Shown: piece by piece, positions 1 through 12,798 of the stretch
How positions within the stretch are numbered: position 1 is the stretch's first letter
Layout of the letters: each line of letters begins with the position of its first letter
NCBI GenBank assembly: GCA_028023455.1
Contig: JAQFVV010000007.1
Location: 13,764,001-13,828,000, forward strand
Reading direction: 5' to 3'
DNA length: 64,000 nucleotides
Source of the DNA: Epiperipatus broadwayi
Taxonomy: Eukaryota; Animalia; Onychophora
Made by a program: the position numbers and the translations under genes
The notes under the pieces: generated by a model
The model's database searches: none
What the model was told of the DNA's origin: nothing
The model's input: only the letters and a program-made list of their open reading frames with translations

Positions 1-590
1 TTTATTGTTTATATTGGACAGATTTAGCAGGGAAGTGAATACATTGGAGTATTGCAATTAGATATAATGTGAAAGTATTTCAAAATAAAAAAATTTCTGC
101 TGAAGAAATTAAAGTTAGCATTATTAAATATGAAGTAAACAAGAGCATGTTCTCTATTTGTATATATTTGTGATTCATAGATTAGTCAGGGCAAAGATTA
201 TTTTTAGAGCAGTTGTTTTTTTCTTCTTTTTTTTTTTTTTTTTTTGATACTTTAGAGTGTGAAACACTGTATTTATTTATGAGTGAATGTTTATTTTTAT
301 TATTAACTATAGTTAATTTTTTATACACTTTTGAGAGGACTATTACTTATGTGACAACGAATAATCCATGTAGATTATGCTAAATTATTTTGTAAGGCTG
401 CAGTAGCTTAAAGCCAGTTTATCACTGAGCAGGAGTTGGAGGTTATTCTAAAATATTATGGCTTTTGGCATTTGGATCTGCATATATTAATTCTATCTCT
501 TATTATTCAAGTTAAATAGATATGTTATTGCAATCCATAATTCACTTTAAAAAAATTGAAATCAAAAGTTTTTTTTTTGTTTTTTTGGAG

Positions 591-648
591 TATAAGGTGT
601 TGAAAGAGAATAAGGATATATCTCCTCAAGAATGGAAGAAATATAGAG
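591..648 (+). CDS. Candidate coding exon of an unidentified multi-exon gene (YKVLKENKDISPQEWKKYR)
   Basis: T-rich tract then AG at 589-590; purine-rich open frame; AG|GTAAAA donor; ends in phase 1, matching the next candidate exon. Confidence 0.5.
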
Positions 649-686
649 GTAAAAAGGTGAAAAAGTTAATTCAAAGGTAAAAAGTT

Positions 687-787
687 GTCAAGCATTGTTA
701 GCCAAGAGGTCAGTACAGTTGCCTTGCAAGCAAGCAGTTGGTTGCAGACGGTTGTTGTGGGTTCACCTCCTGTCCGATGCTATGACA
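687..787 (+). mobile_element. Short tRNA-derived SINE, copy 1
   Basis: A-box-like TTAGCCAAGAGG, B-box-like GGTTCACCTCC, self-complementary ends GTCAAGCAT/ATGCTATGAC; homologous to 38077-38168. Confidence 0.65.
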
Positions 788-927
788 TATGGAAAAAAAT
801 GGTAAAGTGGTGAAAAAATTAAAGGTTTTAATGTAAATAGAGGAATCTAAACTCAGGATGACCACACACATGCTAAAAAGATACATGATCAGGTTTTAAG
901 TTTTTGTTTATGTTTTGGAATATTTAG

Positions 928-962
928 AACAGTATAGTGGAACTCATGGGATAAGAGGAAAA
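928..962 (+). CDS. Candidate coding exon (EQYSGTHGIRGK)
   Basis: ttttggaatatttAG acceptor and GTAATA donor; phase 1 in, phase 0 out, which joins the 591-648 and 1216-1289 exons in frame. Confidence 0.5.
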
Positions 963-1215
963 GTAATAAATAACATCTTATTCTTTATTACAAATAAACA
1001 AATTTACTGAGGTTTTAAATAGAAAAAATAATCAGCTTTAAGTTGCTAACAGGATTTTTGAGCATATAGTCTATGCATAGATAATTCTAATACTACTTAA
1101 TGAGAAATTCTTTATACAAGTATTCCATCAATACATTTATAGAGAAAGAAATGAGATTGTTCAAATTTTCATGTAAGATTTGTTGATAAATCAAAAGTTA
1201 CATTTTATTCTGCAG

Positions 1216-1289
1216 AAAATGTTTAATTTTATGCCAGAGTGGAGCAATGTAGATACTTTTAACAAGACGTTTTTGGAGACCTTTGACAA
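1216..1289 (+). CDS. Candidate coding exon (KMFNFMPEWSNVDTFNKTFLETFD)
   Basis: cattttattctgcAG acceptor and GTAATT donor; only one open frame; ends in phase 2. Confidence 0.55.
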
Positions 1290-1973
1290 GTAATTATTAA
1301 AAATAATTTTAATAATGCAGTTTCCTATTTATTTGTCTTATGAGCAAAAGAAAAATAGTCACTAAATTAATAATTATATTTTGGTCATCACTTTTGACTT
1401 TTATATCCAATTAATAGAGTTCTATCTCATGAACAGGTCCAGAAAGCAGTCACACAGCTAATTCATCCATTTCTTCATTCTGTTTATTTTATTGATCAGA
1501 TCATCAGTTCCACATATCTCTTACCATCTCTTACAGCATCCAACAAGATCAATCTTTCCCACCTATTCTTATCTTCAATTATTATTTTCTCCAAAACATC
1601 CTTCATTAAAATTATCTTTCTTTTTAATACGTGTCCAATCAGTTTCTCTTTTTATTTTTTAATTTCTTCCATCAATCTTCTTTTTTTATTTACTATTTAC
1701 AAAACTTCTCACTTATCATGCTGTTCATTCAAACATTTTTCTCCATTTTTCTTCATAACCAAATCTTAAAGGCCTCCAATTTGTTACAAATTGTTTCAAT
1801 TATTTTTTATGTTTCACAATCATACAATAATGAAAGATGTGATATGTTGGCTTATTTCCATCATTTATGAGAGAATGTTGAATGTGTAGAAAGTTTTAAA
1901 CTTTATTTAAACTTTCCAAATACAAACAACTTGTTAGTAATAACACACAAATAAACAATACAGGTTAGTAATT

Positions 1974-2018
1974 ACACAACATTTCGAGTAGTATTATTCT
2001 CCACTCATCTGCAGGTGT
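1974..2018 (-). ncRNA. Minimal type I hammerhead ribozyme motif (one core substitution)
   Basis: ACAC-CTGCAGA-T-GAGTGG(agaataata)CTACTC-GAAATGTT-GTGT. Confidence 0.6.
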
Positions 2019-2182
2019 TGCTGGCCTATATGCACAGTGACAATATTCGTTTAGAAGTTAAACTTGCACCTTTAGATTCTTGAATATTGAATTTAAGGCA
2101 AATGCTTAAATTCAATATTCAAGAATCTAAAGGTGTGAGTTCAACTTCTATGCAATATTGTCACTGTGCATGTAGACCAGCA

Positions 2183-2226
2183 ACACTTGAAGAAGAGTGG
2201 AGAATAATACTACTCGAAATGTTGTG
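2183..2226 (+). ncRNA. Minimal type I hammerhead ribozyme motif (one core substitution)
   Basis: CAC-TTGAAGA-A-GAGTGG(agaataata)CTACTC-GAAATGTT-GTG; the two arms together imply a consensus core CTGAAGA. Confidence 0.6.
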
Positions 2227-4644
2227 CAATTACTAACTGTATTGTCTATTTGTGTGTTATTACTAACAAGTTGTTGTTTAAATAAAGTTTAAAATTTTCT
2301 ATACATTCAACATTCACTCATAAATGATGGAAATAGTCCAACATATTACATTTTATAATATACCATCATTACAAACCTTCAGACAAATACAATAATGATG
2401 TTCACTCATAGCACATTTATTAATATTTTCTTTAATTCTTTTTTCAAAGACCCAGAGATTTTTTCTCTCTCTTAATAAATGCCTCATTTGACAATATCAT
2501 TCTTCTTTTAACTTCATCTTTGTTTTTTTATTGTCACTCAATCTTACTATGAGTATCAACTTGTAGTCTATTTTCATTTTTTTTCCTATTCTTAAAGTCT
2601 ATGGTCTTCTCATCATTAATCTATATTTCATATTTCTACATATTCTTCCCACAATTTATTGAACATATTTTAGATTTTTGTTTTATCCTCAGCTATAAAT
2701 GCCATATCATCTGCAAATCTTATATATTTTACTATTATATTTTCAATATTAGCTCTTTCAGAATCTTAAATATTTATCTAATATTTCTTTTAAATAATAT
2801 TTAAAAGCACAGGTTACATGCAGTAACCTTATCTAATTCTTCTTTTTATACTCAATTTTTGTCTCATTGTTTTCCAATCTGATTCTTATTCTATTTCCAA
2901 TGTACATATTCCAAATCAATATTCTCTCTTTTCTAAATACTCTTTTATTTTTCAAGCTATCCATAAATTTATTTCAGTTTACTCCATCAAATACTTTGTC
3001 CAAATTCACAAAACATACACCACTTTTTTGTATTTAATCCAAAATAGACTTTAAAATACTGTATAAAAAAGCGAAGATATCTATAACATTCTTCGAATAA
3101 AAAATAAAAAAAAAGGGAAGCCATTACTAATCTAGCTTACTAAACCATTAGATGACTAAATTTAAGATTTTTCCTTCTCCTTTTACTTTCTACCTAAGAT
3201 TAAATAGATACCCATTTAACAAACAATAATAAAATGTCTGACTGAACTGATTAAGGATCAACTACATAAAAATCTTATGTTCATTTCTAACCTCCACAAA
3301 TTTTTAAATATTACATAGACTGAATTCAAACCGGCATGGCAAACTAAAATACTAATTTTTATGCCTCAAAGCTCTGCTATTTATATATGTTTAAATGTAT
3401 ATAACATTTATTTTAGAATTAATTTATTAAGTTATTTCTGCCTTTTCTCATGTATAAAACTAACTTTTTTATTCTAGAAGATTAAAAAAAAAACGTAAAC
3501 TGAATTCACATGAGTTTAAACATTGTGCTTATGCGCATGTCTACGTGTGTGTGAATATTTGATTTATTTTCTATTTGTGTTTGATTTTAAGTAATAATAT
3601 TTGTTAGCTTTTTTTTTATCTTCCCATCCCCCTTCTTCCATCTGGTCAAGAAATGTAATCACTTGTCAGATAACATAGCTCCATCAATCTTGTTTCCACT
3701 AAAGGAAGACCGTGCTCTTTCTGGCCACTAACTACAATTCACTCTCAGTACTTCAAAAGAGGGTGCCTCGTTATTTGCGTAAAGTAAATAAACATAACCC
3801 ACTCTATTACTGAGCACTTAAAATATTTTGATTTTTATAATACTTTTTAAAAAAATAAGTTGAATGCTTATACTGTCATATTAAAATCAAATGAAAATTT
3901 AAACTATGAACATTTATTAGTGGAGTGCTAATACTTGAAAATAAGTATTAATGCACAAATTATTTAACCATTGAGATAAAACTATGTATATACTATATGC
4001 AATTATTGATACATTGTTTTTTTATGAATAATCAAAACTGTGTAAATTTTAATGTAATTAAGGAATAATATTAAAAAACAAACAATATTGGGTTTCTTTT
4101 TTTATTTAGATGGGAGTTAAAACAGCATTTGTCTGAAAAAAAAATTCATGATTATTTAAAAGATAGAAATCAAGTTGAAAATAAATGAAATTAAAAATTT
4201 ATATGCACTTTAATAAAATAAATTGCTTGTCAAATCACATGATTAGAACAATTCTGTCCATGTGATTATAATGGATCCTTTTTATTTACTTTATTCTCGT
4301 GAGAATTGAATTAGAAACAGTTAAATTTTAAGTTTAATATTGCAGCACTGTTTCAAAGTGCCCAGTTGTTTGAGAGGTGTTGAGATCTTTGAACATCCAA
4401 GTGGTAGTAGATTGGCAAAATAGTTTCAGACAGATTACTATAAAATGAAGCTGCCGTAATTTCCAAGGCTTTGTTTACAGTACTATATGATAAACTGTTC
4501 TGTACAGAATTAGTACATTTTAATATGTGCATATATGTATATATACAGGAAAGTAGTCAAATACTATATGATACAGTATCAATACATTGTAATGTGCAAA
4601 TATATATTCGAAAGTAATTAAATCTTAAAAAATACCATTACCAA

Positions 4645-4730
4645 TAGCAATCAACAATTTCAATAGGTTATCAAGGCAATCTCCTTTAAACAATAAAGGT
4701 GGAAATCCAACTTTATATACCGTCTAATTT
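4645..4730 (-). mobile_element. Penelope-like pLTR fragment (TTGAYAA-core family)
   Basis: Reverse complement matches 7130-7215 (aaaggtggrattccacc...GCCTTGAYAA...GAAATTGTTG). Confidence 0.55.
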
Positions 4731-6719
4731 GTTTATATAGATACTACAGATTGCATATTGACTACAAAGAATGAAATTATTAATTCAAGGAAGTTTTTAT
4801 AAACTTCATTAAACAGGGAAACATAACCTGTACTGAAAGCAAATGAACAAATACTCAATTATAACTTTCAAATTGCAATTATATAGTATCAAATATTTAA
4901 CCAATATATATATATGCATATGTGAGATACAATTTAATTTAAAATTATAATATGTAAACAAATTAATATTATAAACAAACATTTTTTTAAAAAAATAAAA
5001 TTATACTGAAATCATGTATATTTATTGTTGATTGTATATATATCTTAATAATAATAATAAAACATTGTATTTTTTATTATAATGAATTCATTTTTTTTAT
5101 TCTTTTGCAAATGAATGGTTTATTTTTTTTAAATAAGTAAGTGATTACAGAATACTATTTTTTTTATTTGCAATTAAATTAGTAATGATCACTATATCAT
5201 TTTCATTAAGTGCTTTATGAATTTTCTTATATTTGGCAGAATTACTGTGATTATAAGCAATTTTAAATAAAAATTTTGATTTATGAAAAAAAAAATGTAA
5301 AAAATGCACTGCTTTCAGTTAGATTGCTAAAATGTTATGTTGCATGAGTTTGCCTAATTCAGTTAAATTGCAACTTTGGTAATGTGAGATTTAAAAATTA
5401 CATTGCAATAAAATAAAAAGTAGTGGTGGCCATATTGGAAAAAATACATACAGTTTTCATTTTTCTAATTAATTTGTAAATACTAAAAATTTAGTTTTTT
5501 TTTTGTTTGTATATTGTATCATTAAGCAATGAATGTTGTGACAGTGAATGTGGCAGTTGTAATGTATTGATTTTGATTTCTACTTGGTAAAAACTTAACG
5601 GGGAATTGTTAGCATAAGTCTATCTTGCAGATATGTATGTAACAGAGATCTAATTAGATTTTCATTTGAAATAGAGAAAAAATTAAATTGTAATGATATA
5701 AATTTAAAAAACTTTAAGCTACTATACATGTGTTAAATATGTTAATATAAATATTAAAATCATGGAAAAAAGAGTACATAAAATATTGAAGTGTATAATA
5801 TGTATATTATGCACACATGTATATCTATGGGTCATACAAAAAAGAAAAATTCAATAATAATTATAATATTTAGTCAAGTGATTAACTGATTGGTTCAGTT
5901 AGATAATTATGATTTTGGTACATGATACTAAAAGTGCATTTGGTTAAATGTTACTATTATTATCAATTTTTTTTTCTGTATGAGACATTGATATACATGT
6001 GTGTTATAATTTACATTATAGACAGTGTAATTGATTTGTTTATATTATATATGATTATTAAAAAGTGTTTTGTGATTTTACCTTGGAATTGTAAATTTGA
6101 AAGTTAATCCATACATAACAATGTGGTCCACAAGCAACATTAGTATTATTTTTGATGTTGTGGTAAATAGACATACTGTTATGATATTATGCACATTCAT
6201 ATTATCATGGTAACAAATGATTAGTGCTTTGAGACTTTGCATAATATTTAGATACTGCATTTCAGGTGTTTTTATTCTGAATATGTTTATATAATACTTC
6301 ATAATGTAAAATGTTTTTAGCAATGGCTGTTAAGTATGTATTTATGAGAATATATATTTTTAAAAAATCTAACTCCACTTGTGCAAACCATAGTAATAAT
6401 TCACAAATCAGATCCACTGAAGTTATTTTAGCAAATTTGCAAATAATGCTTTTTTTAAAATATCAGTGCTAATTTATTTATTAAGCATAAAGTAGTCTAT
6501 TTTTCTTTAACATTCACATTACTAATATTTGAGTAATCAATCTATAACTGATACTTAAGTGGATTCAAATTTATATTAGTAGTACTAGAAGAGGCCGATT
6601 AAATACTTTATAGCAAATATGTGCTCAAAAATGACTAACCACTGTCTAATATAAAAATGATTTCATATATATATACTTTATATTCATTTTGTTTAAATAT
6701 AGTAATATCAAATATTCTA

Positions 6720-6880
6720 AACTATTAACCTGAACTTCATATATATATATATATGCCTTGACAATAAACTATTAACCTGAACTTCATATATATATATATA
6801 TGCCTTGACAATAGTTTGAAAATGTTGCCTGTTATTGATATTGGGATTGTCTAAATGTTAACTGGTTTTTAATGATTACT
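6720..6880 (+). mobile_element. pLTR fragment joined to (TA)n, preceded by a 47-bp tandem duplication
   Basis: gccttgacaa...gttaactggtttttaatgat is shared with 7168-7235 and with 40201-40287 (reverse complement). Confidence 0.55.
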
Positions 6881-7019
6881 TACAAACCCATTTAACCTTG
6901 AGCATTATTACACTTATTATTTAAGTAATACTTTGGGTGCAATTTGAAAATTATAATTGCAGTTTGTAATATTATAATTGACTATTTATTGGCTTGCATT
7001 CAAAACAGATAATATTTTT

Positions 7020-7235
7020 CTATTTAAAGAGATTTCTTTAAACTTCTTTGCATCTATAATTTCAATCTGTGTGGTCAAGGTGCAATCTTTAGTGTCTATA
7101 AAAATATATTCCAACATTAACAAAGGTGGGATTCCACCTTTATTATTAAATGGAGGTTGCCTTGACAAGGGTTTGAAATTGTTGATTGTTATTGATATTG
7201 GGACTGACTAAGTGTTAACTGGTTTTTAATGATGC
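7020..7235 (+). mobile_element. Penelope-like 3' end (endonuclease C-terminal remnant plus pLTR)
   Basis: Frame ...QSLVSIKIYSNINKGG resembles the PLE GIY-YIG C-terminal E-x-I-x-I...N-x-x-x-G segment; followed by the repeated pLTR sequence. Confidence 0.5.
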
Positions 7236-8145
7236 ATATTATATGTGTGTGTGTGTGCACATCTTTAAATAATACATTTGTTTTCAAATTGTGATAATAA
7301 TTACATGTAACTAAATATGCATTTAAAATGCTAATTAATGTTATACATTTGTAAGACAAAGTCAATTATGATTTTATTTGCAACTTTGCATGAATCGATC
7401 AGATCAATATCGTCTGCTGTTATATCTCATTTTTAATTAGTAATTATAACTACAATAATTATCAATAAACAACAGATAAATTTAGGGCATTTTATTACAA
7501 ATATATTAGCTTTAATGTTTTTAAGCATAATCCAAGGTATAGATTATTTCTTACTAAATATGGGTTTTGAAATGACATGACCGACAAATATATATATATA
7601 TGCTGTTTGACAATAAATTGAATGTTCTTGGTGTTAATAAGCTTGAGCAACTGCCATGTGATTTATATATACATATAGTAGATAAAAATTGATTTTTTCA
7701 TCAAATACTATCACTTGAAGAATCATAAAAATTTCTGTAGATTGTGTAAAATAAATTAATGTTATTTCAAATTATTACAGATTTATGTGAATTTAATTAA
7801 TTATTTTATATATTTAAATGTTATTTGAAAACAATATTATTTTAAATTAAAGATTTTGTGTTGATTAGTAACATTAGTGGCTACTACCAGTATCTCATAC
7901 TGATCCTAAGAAAAGTACTTATATATATAATTCTAAATTTGATTTTTTTATAAGCATTATTTACAATAAAAAAATTCAAAAAAATATATCATTAACATCA
8001 CAAAAAAGTATTAATAAAATTACTTTTGTTTAACTGGATTCAGTTATTTGCTTTTTTACAATCAGTTATTATAATGAAATAAATTTGATTTTATTATTAT
8101 AAGCATTAGATATAATAAGTTTTACAATATTTGTTTTAAAAATAG

Positions 8146-8258
8146 AGGAAAATCATGATTATTTGCAAGAAGATGAAGAAAACTTACAGCCATTCACACA
8201 AGTTGTATCTCACACCACTAAACTTGAAAAAATTGACATAAGATTTGTTCTACATGAG
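8146..8258 (+). CDS. Coding exon of the unidentified gene (ENHDYLQEDEENLQPFTQVVSHTTKLEKIDIRFVLHE)
   Basis: AG acceptor, GAG|GTAAAT donor, 37 open codons with coding-like composition in very AT-rich flanks; phase 0 end matches the next exon. Confidence 0.65.
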
Positions 8259-10109
8259 GTAAATTCAATCCAATTTTGTTTTTCAAATAGAAACATAGGA
8301 AGTTACTGGAATGGACACTGGCTCAATTAAAAAAATTATATGAAAGTAAGGTATTTCAAAATTTATATCAGTGTCACATATTGGTTGTAGCTGTTGCAGG
8401 TTAAACTGATATAATATTAAATCATTTATGTTCTTTATAACTTTTTACAATGCTTTTTACAACCCATTATAGATGGTTTCAATTGCTGGAGCAATCTAAA
8501 ACTTTAATAGTTGGTTGTAAAAAGCATTGTAATAAGTAATAAAGAACATAAATGATATTAATATTATATGGATTTGGTAATACAATAAGACAGGTAAAGT
8601 TATAGAGTGAAATAAAAGAGTCTTTTGTTACAATCCTGCAAAAATTTTGTTCTAACCATAATATCACATTGGATACTATGATAGAGCATAAATAGAAAGT
8701 GTGTTGTCTTATTTGGCAAGGTTTTAACTAGTTTCCAGGCAACTATCAATATCATTTATGATAAAAATATTTATCCAGAAAGAGATCGATTAATTATTTT
8801 TATCAAATATTGCAATGAATTTATTGCATTTCAGATTTTTAATTTAATAATAATAATATATATAATTTATTATTATTATTATTATTACTCAATTCAATTC
8901 AGCATTATTTTTTCTATAGCAACAACCATTTACTAAAAAGTACATTTATATAATAGTTATTACTTAATAAAACAATTTTTTATATTCTTGTTAATAAATA
9001 AAATATTACATTGTATTATTATTTATATCTCTAGAAGAAAAACAGTATTGCAGAATTACAGATTTAAATTTATTTCCAGTAATTTTCCCTTTTACTGCCA
9101 CATTAGTAATTTTCTTAATTATTCACTAATGAGAAATAATATTCGATATAATTAGTTTTTTCTTTAATTTTAGCAAAAGTTCTATTATCAATCATATCTC
9201 TTCCTTTTTTATATAGATTAATATCTTGATAAAAATTATCTATATGATCATATTTAACACTTTTTTTGAATATCATTTATGAATTATGGATATTTATTTT
9301 AATATAGGTTCCATATAACTAAATCATATTTTAATACTGGCACTGCTATATATTTGAACAAATATATTTTTGTATTACTGAAAAATAATTTTTAATGTGT
9401 AATACAAAGTTAATTGTGTTTAGAGCTCTATTCTCAATAGTATTTATGTGAACATTAAGTAATTCAGTTGATGAAAATGTGATGCCTAATTTTTTATAAT
9501 TATCACTTTTTTTTATAATTTTTGTATTTATAATGCATTCTTTGAATTAGAAGTTGGATTTATACATAAAAGTTATAATGTTGCATTTATTGTAATTTAT
9601 TTCCGTTTTAGTTTGCAGGCATAATTGTATAAAATTCTTAATATCCGCTTTCAAATTAACCGTATTTTCATGATTATTTATTTGTTCTAAAATTTTGCAA
9701 TCATATGCATATGATAATAATAATGACTTGCTTATGGCAATTGTAAATCATATAAAAAAACAAATAATGCATGCGAAAAGACACTTTCTTGAAAAATTCC
9801 TTGATTTAGAAGAAGTATTTTTGATTTATACCATTCATAACAAACAACCTAAGAGTTTATTATGTTTATGAGATCCATTTTTATTTTTAGTTTACTTAAT
9901 TTTATTATTATAAAGTTATGACTGATATCAAATTTTTACTGACATCAAAAGAAATGACATTCATTTCCACATCATCGTTAATTCAATGAGTGATATAATC
10001 ATTTCTGGTAAGCAAATTTAAAATTATAGATTTATTTGGAATACAACCATGAAAAAAATTAGACATTTTATTTGCTAAATCATATTTAATTGTATTATAT
10101 GTACATCTA

Positions 10110-10460
10110 TTAAGTATTCTAGCCATTACAGGTAATGAGTCTAAAAACTTTTTTGTCTAGTCTATTTCTATTTTTTGAAAATAGGAGTCATTCTCGCAAT
10201 TTTCAAATCATTAGAATAAATTCCATAGACATTGATTAATTAAATGTGTAATAGGTAATGCAATATAATTGGAATATTTTTTGTAAATAAATATAGGAAT
10301 ATCATCTGAATCAAGACTATGTGTAATCTTGATATCTTTTAATAATATAATAATGTCTTCAATTAAAAACTTCATTATATTCTCCATATTTATTTCATTA
10401 AAAAAACAATGAGTCCTTAAATATTCATTGTTGTGATTGCACTTTGCAATCACAAATTTT
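10110..10460 (-). mobile_element. LINE (CR1/Jockey-like) RT N-terminal fragment
   Basis: ORF 10211-10453 contains SLDSDDIP...IALPITHLINQCL, typical of the region just before the RT domain. Confidence 0.7.
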
Positions 10461-10664
10461 CAAATTTGCAATATACAGTTTCAATCTAAAACTACCAAAA
10501 ATCTATGCAGTCTACACATGCGCATTTATCATCTTCGTTTCCATTTTTTTTTTCTAGTTTCTACGATAAAAATGAAAAAATATATAATTTTTGTAAATAA
10601 GTAAATTGGTTTTTTTTTTTTTTTTGTCATTTTGTCAGTTTTTTTTTATTTTTAACAGAATTAG

Positions 10665-10747
10665 GTTTACCCTAAAATTTACATTGGAAAAAATACAAGA
10701 TTTTACCGATCTATAAGGATTGAACGTTATTCAGAAGGCCTCCATGG
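10665..10747 (+). CDS. Coding exon (VYPKIYIGKNTRFYRSIRIERYSEGLHG)
   Basis: Long polypyrimidine tract with tandem AGs (10657-58 and 10663-64); strong GG|GTAAGT donor; phase 0 in, phase 2 out. Confidence 0.7.
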
Positions 10748-10879
10748 GTAAGTTTTTAATTTTATATATTTTTAAATTATTATTTGAATTTATATTTGTT
10801 AAAAAAATATACAAAAAAATATTATTGAAACTAACATATATGCTGATCAAAAAATAGCTCATGACTAAGTAAATTTTTT

Positions 10880-11590
10880 TTGGCATTGTTGGGGCTTAAT
10901 TTCAGATATCCAGTACAGGAATTAAGATATCTGGAGTTCTGATATGAGAAAAAGACAAAGACATTAAGACTCAATTTAGATTTTTTTCTATAATGTCTTG
11001 TCTGCATTTTAATAATAATAAAAATATACCAAAGCTAAAAGTAAAGATTTTGACAGAGTATATACACTTAGACTGTTATAGACTACTGCAATGTAAATTT
11101 CAAAGTTGCATATCAAGTGCAAAGAGAGGTGGCAATTGATAAAGCTATTACTAAATTTACTATTCATAGTAGCATGAAGCAATATGAGCCCACAAAACTT
11201 ATAAAGGTGGGATAAATAATACCACAGTGCACTGACTCTAAACCACTAGTGGATACCTCAAATTTAACTTTATATTGAATTTACTATATCATTCACTTTT
11301 TATTTTGTTTTATTACTTTATTTTGTAATTATAAATTTATTTAAACACACCTTGATTACGTAAGTAATATTCATTTTAGTAGCAATTTTTAATAAATTAC
11401 AAACTTTATTGAAGTTTTTTATTATAATTTTCAAATTATACTAATTATTGATCAATATAAACTATTTGTTATAAGGGATGTTATTAGAGATGACATATTC
11501 ATTGCAAACCCCTTTATGGAAAAACATTTTGAAGAGCTACTAGGAATAATGAAAGGTACTAATATCTTTATTCTATGATGGTTTAACTTA
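10880..11590 (+). mobile_element. piggyBac-like transposase remnant
   Basis: NFKVAYQVQREVAIDKAITKFTIHSSMKQYEPTKLIKVG matches the piggyBac DE..F.GR...KQY.P.KP.K.G motif; frameshifted. Confidence 0.75.
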
Positions 11591-12154
11591 GGTAAGTGCT
11601 ATTATATATCAATTTATTGGAAATTCAATGTTGAATGCAATTAATTTACTAACAAAATTATAGTTTTAATATTTATGTATGGAATTTTATAATTTATTAA
11701 AAAATATAAAAATAATTATTAGAAATATTAACTTTTTTTTTATTACTTTGAATATCAATGGCTATATTTTTTTCAGCTTAATTACATTTTCTGGTGCTTT
11801 CAAACAATATATATATATATATTATGTCATTTTTGAATAATACAGACATCAAACAATATATATATATATATTATGTCATTTTTGAATAATACAGACATAA
11901 GTTATGATAAAATTTATAGTTTAACATAATTTTTTAAATATTTAATATGGCTGCTTTGCCAGTGAAGAGGTTAATATATTTAAGTTGCTTTTAAATGACT
12001 GTAAATATTTGAAAACTCAGCACTCTTCACAAATGTGGGCACTTAATTATAAGTATAGGGGATTTGAACTCAGAATTTCAAGCACTCTTCAACTATCCAC
12101 ACTATCTCATACAACTGATACACATGACCACAGACATAGAAAAGATAAATAATC

Positions 12155-12198
12155 ACCAATATGCATACTTCATTCTAAACCAGCACTCATCAGTTGGT
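12155..12198 (-). ncRNA. Type I hammerhead motif, partly degenerate
   Basis: ACCAA-CTGATGA-GTGCT(ggttt)AGAAT-GAAG-TATGCATA-TTGGT; stem I is perfect and there is an outer helix ATAATC/GATTAT. Confidence 0.6.
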
Positions 12199-12755
12199 CC
12201 AGATTATCATCTCCCACATCCATATATAATCAGTGGTCAGTTTATATTAAGATAGTAAATCTTCATACTTTAATGGACAGGCTTCGATCTACTCCAACCT
12301 CCAACTTTTCAGCCATCCATATCATTAAAAATCTGATGATGAAAACCCAAATCCCATGCTGATTCCAATACTATTTCCATACCCATGTTGACCTCAAGCC
12401 ACTCTGACCCTCATGTATAGGACCTTATCCATTTAAATACACAGAAGAGTGCCTGGTTTTCAAATATTTATCCATCAAGCTTGTATCCAGCCCATCCCTC
12501 TTCTATGTATTTAAATGGATAAGATCCTATACATGAGGGGTCAGAATGACTTGAGGTCAACATGGGTATGGCAATAATATTGGCATCAGCATAGGATTTG
12601 GGTTTTCAACATCAGATTTTCAATGATATGTATGTAATTATAAGATGGCTGAAAAGCTGGAGGTTGGAGTAGATTGAAGCCTGTCCATTAAAGTATGAAG
12701 ATTTCTTATCTTATTATAAACTGATTATATATGTGTGTGGGAGATGATAATCTGG

Positions 12756-12798
12756 ACCAACTGATGAGTGCTGCTTTGCATGAAATACATGTATTAGT
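12756..12798 (+). ncRNA. Type I hammerhead motif
   Basis: ACCAA-CTGATGA-GTGC(tgcttt)GCAT-GAAA-TACATGTA-TTAGT; core intact. Confidence 0.7.

Larger units (their letters stand above)
1834..2386. mobile_element. Fold-back (about 260 bp arms) hammerhead-bearing insertion, Penelope pLTR/retrozyme-like
   Basis: Inverted repeat centred near 2100 with a 2-4 nt loop; about 32 nt unpaired tail; 12-bp direct repeat ATACAATAATGA at 1822-1833 and 2387-2398. Confidence 0.8.
1420..3140 (-). mobile_element. Degraded RTE-type LINE reverse transcriptase remnant, interrupted by the 1834-2386 insertion
   Basis: Minus-strand translation gives VCFVNLDKVFDGV, IRFADDMAFIAE, SLLYDCET, KLEAFKIW and KLIGHVL motifs, with stops and frameshifts. 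Confidence 0.75.

Noticed and set aside
687-787. Functional tRNA gene
   Set aside because: A/B boxes are degenerate, no clear anticodon arm is visible, and the second copy has a TSD and tail, so it is a SINE.
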